Below, one piece after another: positions 52,371-64,000 of a stretch of DNA of 64,000 nucleotides. This DNA is from Octopus sinensis (lineage: Eukaryota): NCBI RefSeq assembly GCF_006345805.1, contig NC_042998.1, positions 16,430,001-16,494,000 on the forward strand, written 5' to 3'. Position 1 is the first letter of the stretch. Each line of letters opens with the position of its first letter. Made by a program: the position numbers and the translations under genes. The notes below the pieces were generated by a model, which was not told the origin of the DNA, did no database searches, and worked only from the letters and a program-made list of their open reading frames with translations.

Positions 52371-52804
52371 TATCAAAAGAGAGCAAATGTTTACAATGAT
52401 TACGCTGCTAAATATTTTAGCAGAATGAAAAAAGAAAAAGGATTATATAGCGACAGAGAAACTAGAAACTAGCATAGGCTAACGTGAGGGGGGATAAAGG
52501 AGAGTAGTGATCTCGTTTCCTACACTTCAAAGACAATATGGAGAATGTAGTCTTCAGATCATCTAAAAAATTTTTAAATCTAAAATAAGCTAACGAATTA
52601 TTTTTTTTAGATATTTGGAGGATTACATTCTCCCTATTGTATTGGAAGTGTAGGTAACAGGGTCATTACTCTCGTTTATAGCTCCACTCCACTTTAGCAT
52701 ATGCTAATGTCTAGTTATCTGTAGAGATATAGTCCTTTTTTCCTTTTTCAGTCTGTCAAAGAATGCAGTATAGGAATCATTGTAAATATTTGCTCTCTAT
52801 TGAT

Positions 52805-52960
52805 GTTATGAATATGTTTGCATATCTAACTTGTCCTTTATGCTTGAGGCATATGTAGTCATCTGACGAGAACGGTTTCGTTGTAATGATGTAATGCTTT
52901 CATTGATCAATTAAAGAAGTTGCATCAATTGGCCGTAATGAACTGACACTTATACACCTT
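52805..52960 (+). repeat. Family B PLE-like terminus, inverted relative to 52230-52370 (motif 52855-52947)
   Basis: GUAGUCAU-CUGACGA-[insert]-aattGGCCG-UA-AUGAACUGAC; shares upstream tatgaatatgtttg(c/a)atatct with the other copy. Confidence 0.65.
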
Positions 52961-53009
52961 TGTTACACATTTCTATATATATGTATATTTATATGCATGC
53001 ATGCGTATA

Positions 53010-53092
<83 letters not shown>

Positions 53093-53189
53093 AAAGGCTT
53101 CCAAATAAGGAAGCGCAGTGCCAGAAACACAAAAAGGGGCAAATTCATGAAAGGAATGAAAATTAAAAACATTTACCATCTCAGTTATA

Positions 53190-53265
53190 TCCCAGACCGA
53201 ACGGTTTCTACCTATTTTTAGCAAACACACAGAATATATTTGCCAGGCCAGGCCCTTCAGTGGGA
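53190..53265 (-). ncRNA. Type I hammerhead motif, family E, with extended stem II and GUC cleavage triplet, in a PLE-like terminus (about 53090-53330) ending at (TA)n
   Basis: UCCCA-CUGAAGG-GCCU..[UGGCAAAUAUA/UGUGUUUGCUA 11-bp hairpin]..AGGU-A-GAAA-CCG(UU)CGG-UC/UGGGA. Confidence 0.72.
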
Positions 53266-53869
53266 AGCCTTCGTAATCCTAGACGCACAGACTGTTAGAA
53301 GCACATGTGGATCTAACGGGTTGTATATCTTAACTTTTCAAACTTTATATATATATATATATATATAAAGATATATATATATATATATATGTGTATGTGT
53401 ATGTACACACACGCAAACGTACGTACACACATACCTACACTCACACAGATATATTGGTACACGTTATTTGTGGGTTAACTAGGTAACCTATGATTTTATG
53501 TTAAGTGATCCTGAGACCCGTTAAAATGTATTCCTCTTCATATTAGATGGGAATACATGAGGTTATGCGTGTTTGACCGGGATTTCGAAATAAATACACA
53601 TATCACAAGAGGAATCTGATGAGATTAACTCCCTTGAATTAGTCCTGGATTTCGCAGAGCATTGCATTCACCATGGATTTCTTTAGTTTTTAATTATCTT
53701 ATCATCGTGCACGATATCGCATACCTACGTTAATAAATATATACATGTGTGTACACATGCATACGAATATATATGAAAATCTAAAATTACGCGCAAAGGC
53801 ATACACAGATGTACGTATATATTTGTATACAGATGCATGCGCGCATAGACATACATACAAACTTATATA

Positions 53870-53880
53870 AATATACATAC

Positions 53881-53911
<31 letters not shown>

Positions 53912-54005
53912 CATACATACATACATACATACATACATACATACATACATACATACATACATACATACATACATACATACATGCATACATACATACATAC
54001 ATGCA
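53870..54005. repeat. (ACAT)n microsatellite
   Basis: Direct reading. Confidence 0.96.
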
Positions 54006-54491
54006 GACAAACACACACATGCACACACTCACCTGCAGCATGTTTGGTTCATGTTTGAGTACGTGAACATAATTATTTATGGGATTTTTTAGATTTTCGA
54101 CGCCAAACTTGGTTGAGTTCATACGTTCAAGTTGATTAACGTACGTTTTTTCTGTAAATCATATAATGTCATAAAAAAATGTGCTATGCATATATATCCG
54201 TGCAGTTAGGGAGTTCAGCATAAGTGCATGGAATGTACATGAAAAGCATAATGTGCATATAATCGATATATCAAAACTTACCTAGGTCCAAAGGGTGATA
54301 GAGTTGGTGCGGTTCATGCTTAAAACTTCGAAGTCTGATTTGTTTGCTGTGCATGCAACGGAAGAAAGTTTACCTCATACTTTGAACGCGCATTGTTGAT
54401 GTTATATTTAATTTTTCCGTGATACTGTGGTCGCTTTTGCTGCCCCGCCTTCTTTATTTGCCGGCAAAGCAATGATGGTCGATATTAGCGG

Positions 54492-54492
54492 A

Positions 54493-54546
<54 letters not shown>

Positions 54547-54610
54547 CCTATCTATCTATCAATCTTACTACCAACCAACCTACCTATCTATCTATGTATC
54601 TATCTATCCG

Positions 54611-54701
<91 letters not shown>

Positions 54702-54705
54702 TTAT
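54492..54705. repeat. (ATCT)n microsatellite
   Basis: Direct reading. Confidence 0.96.
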
Positions 54706-54748
54706 TTCTCTCTCTTACTATATATATATAGATAGATAGAGAGATATA

Positions 54749-55985
54749 CGAGGGGCGTTCAATAAGTAATGCCCCTGACCCACTTCCCATAGCAGGAGAG
54801 CAACGACACTTGGCAGAGTCATTAGTCTTTTCCTACATAGGAACTACCCAGAGTTATGCATTTCTCCCATCGTTTGATAGAGCTCTGGAGACCGTTTTTG
54901 TAGAAGACCCCAGCTTGTTCCTCCAACCACGACGTGAATTCAGAAATCAAGGCTGCATCATCTGGGAAACGCTTTCCTTTAAAAAAAAACTTCATGGCTG
55001 GGAAGAGGTGAAAATCAGAGGGTGCAAGGGGAGGAGTTCATAGCTGCACGCCTGTGCTTCTGATCTTGTGACACGCGAGTTGTGGACCGGAGCGTTGTCC
55101 TGCAGGAGGAGGATGCCGTTGCTGATCTTGCCCCGCCTCTTGATTTTGATAGCTTCTCTTAATTTCCTCAAAAGTGAAGCATAATAGGCACCTGTAATTG
55201 TGGTACCCTTTGCCAGGAAATCTGTGTTCACTACTCCGTCCTGGTCCCAGAAGACTGTGAGCATAACCTTGCCAGCGGAGGGCTGCACCCTTGCCTTCTT
55301 TGGAGGAGGTGAGTCACGGTGCTTTCACTGCATTGACTGGGCTTTGGTCTATGGATCATAGTGACGGACCCAGATTTTATCCTGTGTCTTTTAAAAAATT
55401 CTGACTCATCTTCTTGGCACATCTCCAAATTCATCCTCGAGCACTCAACGCGTTCTTGCTTCTGGAAAGGTGTGAGCAACCTGGAAATCCATCTGGCAGT
55501 CACTTTTTGCATATGCAAATGGTCATGAATGATAGTTTCCACAAACCCGGTACTAATCTTGACCTTATGGGCTATTTGTCGAATAGTTATGCGTTGACCT
55601 TCCAAAATGGCAGCCTCAACTTGACGGACAGACGTCTCATCAACGGCAGAAGGGGGCGACCAGATCTGGGAGCTGTTTCCACAGAGTTCCGACCATGTTT
55701 GAATTCACAATGCCAGCGTTTCACAAGGTCATATGATGGGGCATCATCACCATAAGTTACTTTCATTTCATCAAAAGTCTCCCGTGGTGTGCCTTCTTTC
55801 AAATACAAAAACCAGATCACTGCTCGACACTCAACAGGCTCCATTTCACACTTGACTCAGTTCAAACACCTGTAAATCAGCAACCACAATTAGTTCAGAG
55901 TTTAATCTATAGAGGTATAAATAAGTGCACATGCAAAATTTCAGCTAGATCAAACAACTGGGCATTACTTATTGAACGCCCCAAG
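54749..55985 (-). mobile_element. Full-length mariner (1237 bp), 26-bp TIRs, TA TSD, frameshifted transposase
   Basis: TIR cgaggggcgttcaataagtaatgccc / gggcattacttattgaacgccccaag, with TA at 54747-54748 and 55986-55987. Fragments MEPVECRAVIWFLYLK..RSGRP, KVTARWISRLL, KVMLTVFWDQDG, LLLQDNAPVH. Confidence 0.96.
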
Positions 55986-56090
55986 TACATATGAGGCACA
56001 TATGATTGTGTGTGCGTTTATGTGTGTGTATGTGTACATCTGAGTGCATGCACTTGTGTGTGTGATTATGTTTAAAAATTTGTGCATATA

Positions 56091-56124
<34 letters not shown>

Positions 56125-56989
56125 ACTATGTATGTATATAATGTTGCTAAACGAAATAGTTATATTTTGAAGTCATTTCATGTTTTACTTCCTCCAACTG
56201 TTTCTCATTTTGAAATATTTTAAATGCAGGTGTGCGCGCGGACGTCTGTGTGCATACATATGGGTGTATATTCGTATTTATGCATGCTTGTTATACACAT
56301 TCATAAATGCAATCTATTCTATTGGAGAACACAAGTATATTATCTCCATATAAGTAATATTTCATGTGATTATATATTAACGCTAGGATTTATCATAAAG
56401 TTTTATTCATTTTAGCTTTTTTGCCATTTTCTAATTCTCAAATGTTTTATTTATTGTTTCTGTATACTTATACTTATACTTTAATATATATTCCTATGTA
56501 TGCCCGCAAACATTTCTTCTTCTATATCTTATACACGCAGCCTTAGGCACTTCCAGGTAATCTCGCTTCGATCGATTTGCTTTTGTCTATATGTTATGAT
56601 CGTTAATTTTCCTTTGTTTTTCCTATGAATATCTCACATTTTTCTCTCAATACTTCCTGTATCAATCTTTGTGATATGTTTCTTTTATTTGAAAATTTAA
56701 ACAACTCTTTCTATTCGTAGTTATTTTAATGTGATGTTTATGTGACTGCGATAAAAGGGATATATATGAATATGATTTTTCTAATTCTTGGATATTGAAC
56801 GTGTGCCTGTCTGCATGTTGGTGTGTAAATGTACGCTTGCGTTTGTGTATTTGTATGTATGTATTAATTACCTTACATATCCAATCATGAAAAGTAAATA
56901 AATTACAGATTATAGAGGTAAGACAAGGTACATTCCAGAACGTTAGAAATTTTTAAAGAGACATTTATCCATTTCAAAGAAATAGAAAA

Positions 56990-57670
56990 CTCTTATCTCC
57001 CGCAAAGTAGGATCATCTGACTTCAATCTCCATTTTATTGATCGTAACCCAGTGTATGTGGACGATACCACTGCTGTCAAAATCGGTAATCATCGTAAGA
57101 TTGCCAATATATTTGATTTGCCTCTGAAGCCTGGGGGAGCCAAGAGGCTTCCATCAACCACTCCGTCGCGTGGCCTCTAAATTATGACAGTAGATCCAAC
57201 TTTCGTCACGTGTCACAAGACACTCAAGTACTTTTCGATTGGATGTAATAAGCTCAGCCTTGTAAATGCCCGCACCAACGTGTCTTTCCTCCTGTTCGTC
57301 ACTGAGCATCCTGGGAAAAAAATTTGCAATAGCTTTGCTGAATAATTCTCAGTTCATTTGTCACACAAACTCAAATTTCATGTCTATTGTCTTTATAGAC
57401 ACAAAACGGTCTTCATATAGAAAATGCGAACTTTTCCAACAGGCTCTAATGATCTGATGTACCTATCCCTCTCAAACCTCTCATCGTCTCTGATTTTCTG
57501 TCTGCCATTCTTACTTCTCTTGTACGAAGGTAAAACAGCTGCTGGCCTCATAGAAGTTTATCCATAAGCAGTCCGAAGCATTTCATAAGTTCATGCTGTG
57601 TTTTTGCCGAGTTTAACACAAAATATCATGATATAGAGAACTTCCAAATTGTTGTCACTTCCAGACTGCA
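56990..57670 (-). mobile_element. Mariner transposase relic (different subfamily)
   Basis: Minus strand IFCVKLGKNTA*TYEMLRTAYG, DDERFER, FFPRMLSDEQEERHV, LVTRDESWIY. Confidence 0.75.
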
Positions 57671-57974
57671 TTCTGCAAACAAGTCGGCTATGACAAGCAG
57701 TGTTTAATAGGATATGTATCAAGTGATGATATAACAGCCATATCCAAACAGAAATATAAAGTTGGCAGGTCAGCTTAGTAGATATATAATAATGATATTA
57801 AAAGATACATTAATCTGCTAAAATAATCTCACAATTTCTCGAATGCCACGTGTACATTTAAGAACAATATTAAGAAATAAATCATATACTATTACTACGT
57901 TCAGTGATGTTTTTATATATATTTAAGAAAAGCGCATGCTCACTCACGCATTCGCACATACACATCTATTTACA

Positions 57975-58800
57975 GAGGTGTTTTATAGGGTTCATATCTG
58001 GTGACTGGCTTGGTTATGGAAACTTTCTAATGCCATTCTTTTCCAACAAATCTTGGGTCATTTTAACTGTGTGACAAGGAATCCCATCTTCCATAAATAG
58101 AGAGTCTTCTTTAATCATTTCACCACTGGAGAAGTTTGGCAGGAATCCTTTCTGCAATATGGACACATATTTATTTGAGTTCATCTTTCCCTCGCACTCC
58201 ACCAGCTCTGATCAACCATTGCTCCAAATTGTTCCCCAGACCATCAAAGAATAACTGCTGTGTTTCATTGCTGGTTGCAATGTTTTCACATAAAATTCTT
58301 GATCTCAGAGTCTCCAGACACACACCCGACCACTGTTAGGAAATACAGCAAATCTGGACTCATCAGAGAATATGACAGTGTTCCAAATTGCTAATGGCCG
58401 CTCCACCATCCCACTGGCCCAATCTGTTATCCGCGTTATATTGGCTGGTCAAAGATGTGACTTCCTTCTTCCTGCTCTGCCATAGTAAACAAATTTGACA
58501 GCTGTTCTGGGACTGACATCAACTTTTTCTGCTATGTGAGAGGTCTTGCAACGAGAATTATCTTCCACACTTCTCTTACCAAAGAGAAAGTTTATCAGGA
58601 CAAGGTGATGTGCACTCCTTCTCTTTGGTGAATAGCACAATCACACAATTAACTGTAGAAAACGGGATCGCAAGGTTTTCTGCGATTTTACGCTGATTAT
58701 ATCCACCATCAGAATGACCCACAATATTAGGGCCTCTTTGAAATTCAGGCGGTTCCAAGGCTTCTTTTGTACATGGCATGATTAAACAGTCACATATAGA
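57975..58800 (-). mobile_element. Tc1-type (DD34E) transposase relic
   Basis: [20 protein letters not shown] (HTH), WNTVIFSDES, MVWGTI, CEGKMNSNKYVSIL, FMEDGIPCH, P*PSQSPDMNPI. Confidence 0.85.
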
Positions 58801-59069
58801 ATCTGAAACATAAACATGACAATTAATAAGAAATAAACAATTTACAAGTTAGAATAAACAGAAAACGATGTTTTACGGTGTGTCTATTTACTTGTAACAT
58901 ATGCGTATATATAAAAAAATTCTATCGGCCGGCTTGCCCGACTTCAGTTCTTCGGGTTTTTTTCTGTAGCGAGTAAATTATATATGGAAATTGACGATTT
59001 AATAGTCTGTTATCAGTATATTGTCATTGAAATAATTTTCTTTAGCTCTTACTTATAAGTTGTTTTATA

Positions 59070-59139
<70 letters not shown>

Positions 59140-60430
59140 GTTATTTCGAACGATTCGCCCTCTCAGTATAGTACAAACTGTCATGTATGCTTCACTTTCC
59201 GCTTAGTGATGTGATATTTTACTTTTATAAGCCGGTTACTTCGTACTTCACGCTCTTCAATGCACAATGAATGCTATTGTATCTATTGATATCAAGCCAT
59301 ATGTTTGGATATTTTCTCTCTATGAAATTAGTAAAAATGCTTTCTCCTTTAACTTCATCAAATTGAAAATATGTTTTATTAATTTCGTGCATAATTGTCG
59401 CTCTCATAACTCTAATACACTTTTGAACATCCTCCTCTATGCTTTAAATATCAATGCTTTAAATTTTAATTATTAAAGAAATTCACTTAGTAAAACTTTT
59501 AATCTCCTAATATAAGCATATAAAATCACTCTACATATTGCGCACGATAATGACTCTATTCGTATAGAAAGTTTTCCTCTATTCATCGTATAATGTCACT
59601 CACATGAGATACAACGAAAGAGTGACGTCATCGTGACACATTGCACTAGAAACTCATACGAATAAAATTCCAAATTAATCGCTCCATTGTGCCACAGGAT
59701 TCCTCATGACAATATAACTTCGTTATTATTTAAGAAATAGAAAGAGATACAAAAATTACTGGCTTTTTTTACGGTTCCTTAGAAAATGTTAATATATTGC
59801 GAACTGATTATATTGCGATTTTGCTTTTGATCGCCCAAAACTTGTTAATTATCGTTCGATTAAGGACGTTAAATAAAATACGCTACAGTAAAAATTAGTT
59901 TGGAAATTTCATTCCACAAGAATTAGCGGCAATATCGTTTGCAATTGGTGTTATAGTATTATGAATCTAACAGTTTGGTTTTTACGTTACATGTATAAAT
60001 ATATTGTGATAAATATACAGTAGGATTACGGTTAGAATGCTCTGTATATTTTATTACTGATACTGTGGCAAAATGAATATGAACTAAATGCCAACAAATT
60101 TTGCGAGAATATAATTGAATTCAAGAACTTTTAATTTAAGAGAGCGAATCACGAAAGAAATTAAACATACTTCGATTATATCATATATTTTTCAGTCCTG
60201 GTTGCATTGAGATTTAATGTATTGTGCAAACAAACGAGATATGTAGCTAAAAAATGAACTTTCCCATTCAAAGGCAAATTAATGTAATTCTAAAATCATC
60301 GAGATTATAGAAATTTGTAAAATCTTTTTAAGGGATACGCACAATCATACCTTAATAGTTCGGTATATATAGACACATATATATCACAAATGACATATAT
60401 ATGTATGTATGTATCTGTCGATCTGTATAC

Positions 60431-60770
<340 letters not shown>

Positions 60771-62341
60771 ATATTTTTACGTACGTACCTACTTATTCAC
60801 CTACCAATATACATACGTTCATACATATATGCATGAATGTGTCTAAATGGTGTTGATAAGTTGACAATTATATGTGATCGTATGTATTTGAATTGATCTT
60901 TGGCATTATTACGTCTAACTATATTCAATTTTGAATACACCTTGCTTGTTTGAACATGAATAATTTCATGCTTATCACTTCCTCAAACTACGCAAAGATA
61001 TGTTTATTGTTTGTAAATATATACTGAACGAAATCTATGTAGAAATATTCTAGTCACTTTGAATACAAGCGAAATATTTTGAGTACTATACATATTTTAA
61101 CGTTAGTATCTTTGGATATTTATGTCTCTATTAGTATCTTAATATAATATTTTGGAAATAACTTCTAACCAAATTTCCGCTCTTAAAACGACATCAATTT
61201 CATAAATCAATATATTATCATGTTCGTATTCTTCTCGGAGACGATGCTGAAAATGATAACAGGATAACATGTGATACAAGTTAAACGAGAAATAAATACC
61301 ATTTAAATTGTATTAGTGACATACTCATATATTCATGTCATATTGATATTTGTTGTGTTTTCGTTTCAAAAGTAGGTGCCTACCTAAAGTTATAAAGTTA
61401 ATAATATATGCAATTATATAATTTTTGTCTTTCTAAATGCAATTGTGCTTATATACTATAATTGAGAATCTTCGCAGAAATATATTTAACTATGTTGAAC
61501 TTAGAATTAATGGCCGTTGAATAACCAAGTGCTCATATAATAGAATCATTATAATAAATATCACAACGTATGAAATATGTATATTAACTACTCATGACTG
61601 TATTGATTTCGAGAAATGCACTCATTCGTTATCGTTGATCAAGTAAAAAATGATATATACGCATGAAAACAATAAGAAACTTTTAATAAGCTTTAGTTCA
61701 TACGAAGCCGAATCACTCATACGCATTTAAATAATGAAATGAAAAAATGAAAGGTAAAAAAGAAAACAAATGAAAGAAAAATGTTTTTTATGTTTATTTG
61801 GAAAAGTAGAGAATTGGTTTCTTCGAATATATGTGGTTTTCACATAGAGCGATCCTGAGTAAAGATGTATACATTTTCATATAGTGTACATATACAAAAT
61901 AACCAAGATCAAATTGTAAGATATCAATGAGTGTAACGTTACGTGGTAGAGCGATTTACCAGTTTCTATTCAGCGCTTATATAACGGAAAATATACAGTT
62001 TTGCATATCTTAGACTGTATTACATTTGCGTTGGGAAAATAGAGTAATATTTTATGTTATATGTCTCTAAGTATTCATCTTCCCAGTCATGTTGCTATAT
62101 TTCCACTACATAACTGCATTATAGGTGTTCTAAGTGATGAGATTCCGTGAATATTTAAGCATATGACCTTTAGGCGAATTGATGTGTTATTTCTGATTTT
62201 GAATATAGAAACCTTTTCATTAATACATAATTGAAAACAATTTCTACAGCTTTTGTACCGTCCTCTATTTGATATTGTTTAAAGTGAGAGTATCAATCTC
62301 ATATTTTATTTGATTTTGTTTTTATTTCGTATTTCTGACAG

Positions 62342-62394
62342 ATGAAATATGGATGATATATTTTCCTGTAAATTCCACTTTCCGCAGATTCAAC
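62342..62394 (+). CDS. Candidate internal exon (phase 1 to 0), peptide xEIWMIYFPVNSTFRRFN
   Basis: Long T-rich tract ending ttctgacag at 62341, donor AAC|GTAGGT at 62395, one open frame. No family recognised. Confidence 0.22.
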
Positions 62395-64000
62395 GTAGGT
62401 TACTGATATAAAAGTTAATTACAAATTTGTCTTATGCACGATAGGAAATAGCTGCCCTTCGCCAAAGATATTAGTTGAATTGAGTATCAGAAGCTATTTG
62501 TTCATTTCCTTTCATATAGGTTGCTTTAATCAGATCGGAAATATACAATTATTTTAGACTATATAACATTTAAAATCTTAAAGACTTTCTAAGATAAAAT
62601 GTTACATTTAAACGATGAGTTAGATGCACCCTAACGGACAAAAGTTATTCATTCGATGCAATAGCAAAAAAATATACCTTGGTATCATGTCAATAATTGG
62701 TCTTTAATATAGTTGTCACCTGTAATATTACAGTGCTTGCAGGTACTGTAATATTCTTACACGTTGTCTTAGTAGACATATACACATACCAAAGAAACAC
62801 CTATTAAACAACAATACTTATTGAACTAGATTTCCACCATCGATACTCAGTTTCGATAACAAATAACATCAATTAAAAGATTAAATATGTCTTTGAAAGT
62901 TCCACTGATACTGCAATGAATGTTTAGAAGAATTAGTTATAGTCTTAAAACCTTTTATCCACTAGTACGAAATATCGAGAAAATATTATGTTGTTGACAA
63001 CACAGATCTCAATCTGATGTTTCTCATTACTAATCTTTTCCTTGTCTCTTTGAATTTTAAAGATATCACTAATAAGACCTGTTTCATAACAAAGGAAATA
63101 AGCGACCGAGACTGAAATCGTATAGCAAAATACAAATATATGATTAGTTAGAAATTGAAACCAATGCTACCTAGCGAAAACTACAGTTAATATGTAAGCA
63201 CGATATACGAAGTCTGCAAAGTAAATTTCAATGCCAGAATTTCAACCACATTTGTTTCTTCATAGAAATAAGGAATGAATACAAACATGGAATTGATAGA
63301 ATAACTGGACTTTGAAATGATTTTGGAAATCATCATTTGATCCAGCCATAAAGAAACGGTAATACAATTACCAAATTCAAAGTAAGTATAAACGCCCAAA
63401 GATAATTTGGCATTAAATGATATCAGTTTGAATATATATTTTCTAGTACTAGTTTGTTAAAGCAGGAGTTGATTGAAATGATCACGTTAATATCAACTCG
63501 AATGTATCTTATATTTTCGATTATCCTGCTCAGTTTTTCCTCGACCATTAGGCTGTTTTAAGCTTTATAGCTTTTGCAATTTATACTCACAAACTTTTCA
63601 GGTAATGCAATATACCTGATACGAATAGGTAATAATATCATCTGAATTTCGAACATGTCTGTCGCTTGACAAGAAAAAGATATATCATTACGGGAAAATA
63701 TTATTAAATATGTCCCACTCCACTATGTGTATCAAATAGTCTTACTTTTACTCGTATAGAAGCCTTCTCCCATAGTCTTATAATATCCATATACATACAT
63801 ATACAAACATGCGAACACACATATACACACAAGGACATACACTAACACCAATACACACACACACACACACACATGCACACACACATACACATACACATAC
63901 ACACAAATACACGCATTCACCTCGGATGAGGAAAACGATTTCTCACACAGATAAACTGACATAATTTGTCATGTTTTATTAAAGGGTTCTCCGATTATTT

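Overview
AT-rich, repeat-dominated metazoan DNA. The tRNA-derived SINE families, the very long (TA)n/(ATCT)n/(CA)n microsatellites and the mariner/CR1/Penelope content are most consistent with an Octopus genome (inference, no database search). No intact protein-coding gene is visible, and almost all ORFs in the supplied track are microsatellite artefacts or transposon fragments. Supported content: three CR1/L2-type LINE relics (one split cleanly by a mariner), two Tx1/L1-type fragments (one embedded in an (ATCT)n array), and RTE, pogo, piggyBac, mariner and Tc1 relics. There are about 18 SINE copies or fragments from four families, and several Penelope-like (PLE) fragments or termini. The most striking hidden layer is a set of type I hammerhead-ribozyme (HHR) motifs from at least five unrelated sequence families. 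They include four motifs within 1.5 kb (51.8-53.3 kb), a family with a fixed A6U core change whose copies sit at (TA)n arrays, and a tRNA-headed SINE with an HHR in its 3' body. A few exon-like blocks on the + strand (1337, 14554, 41621, 62342) may belong to a large-intron host gene. Two of them carry an in-frame TGA or need a +/-1 homopolymer correction. All alignments and folds were done by eye; coordinates of degraded elements are approximate.
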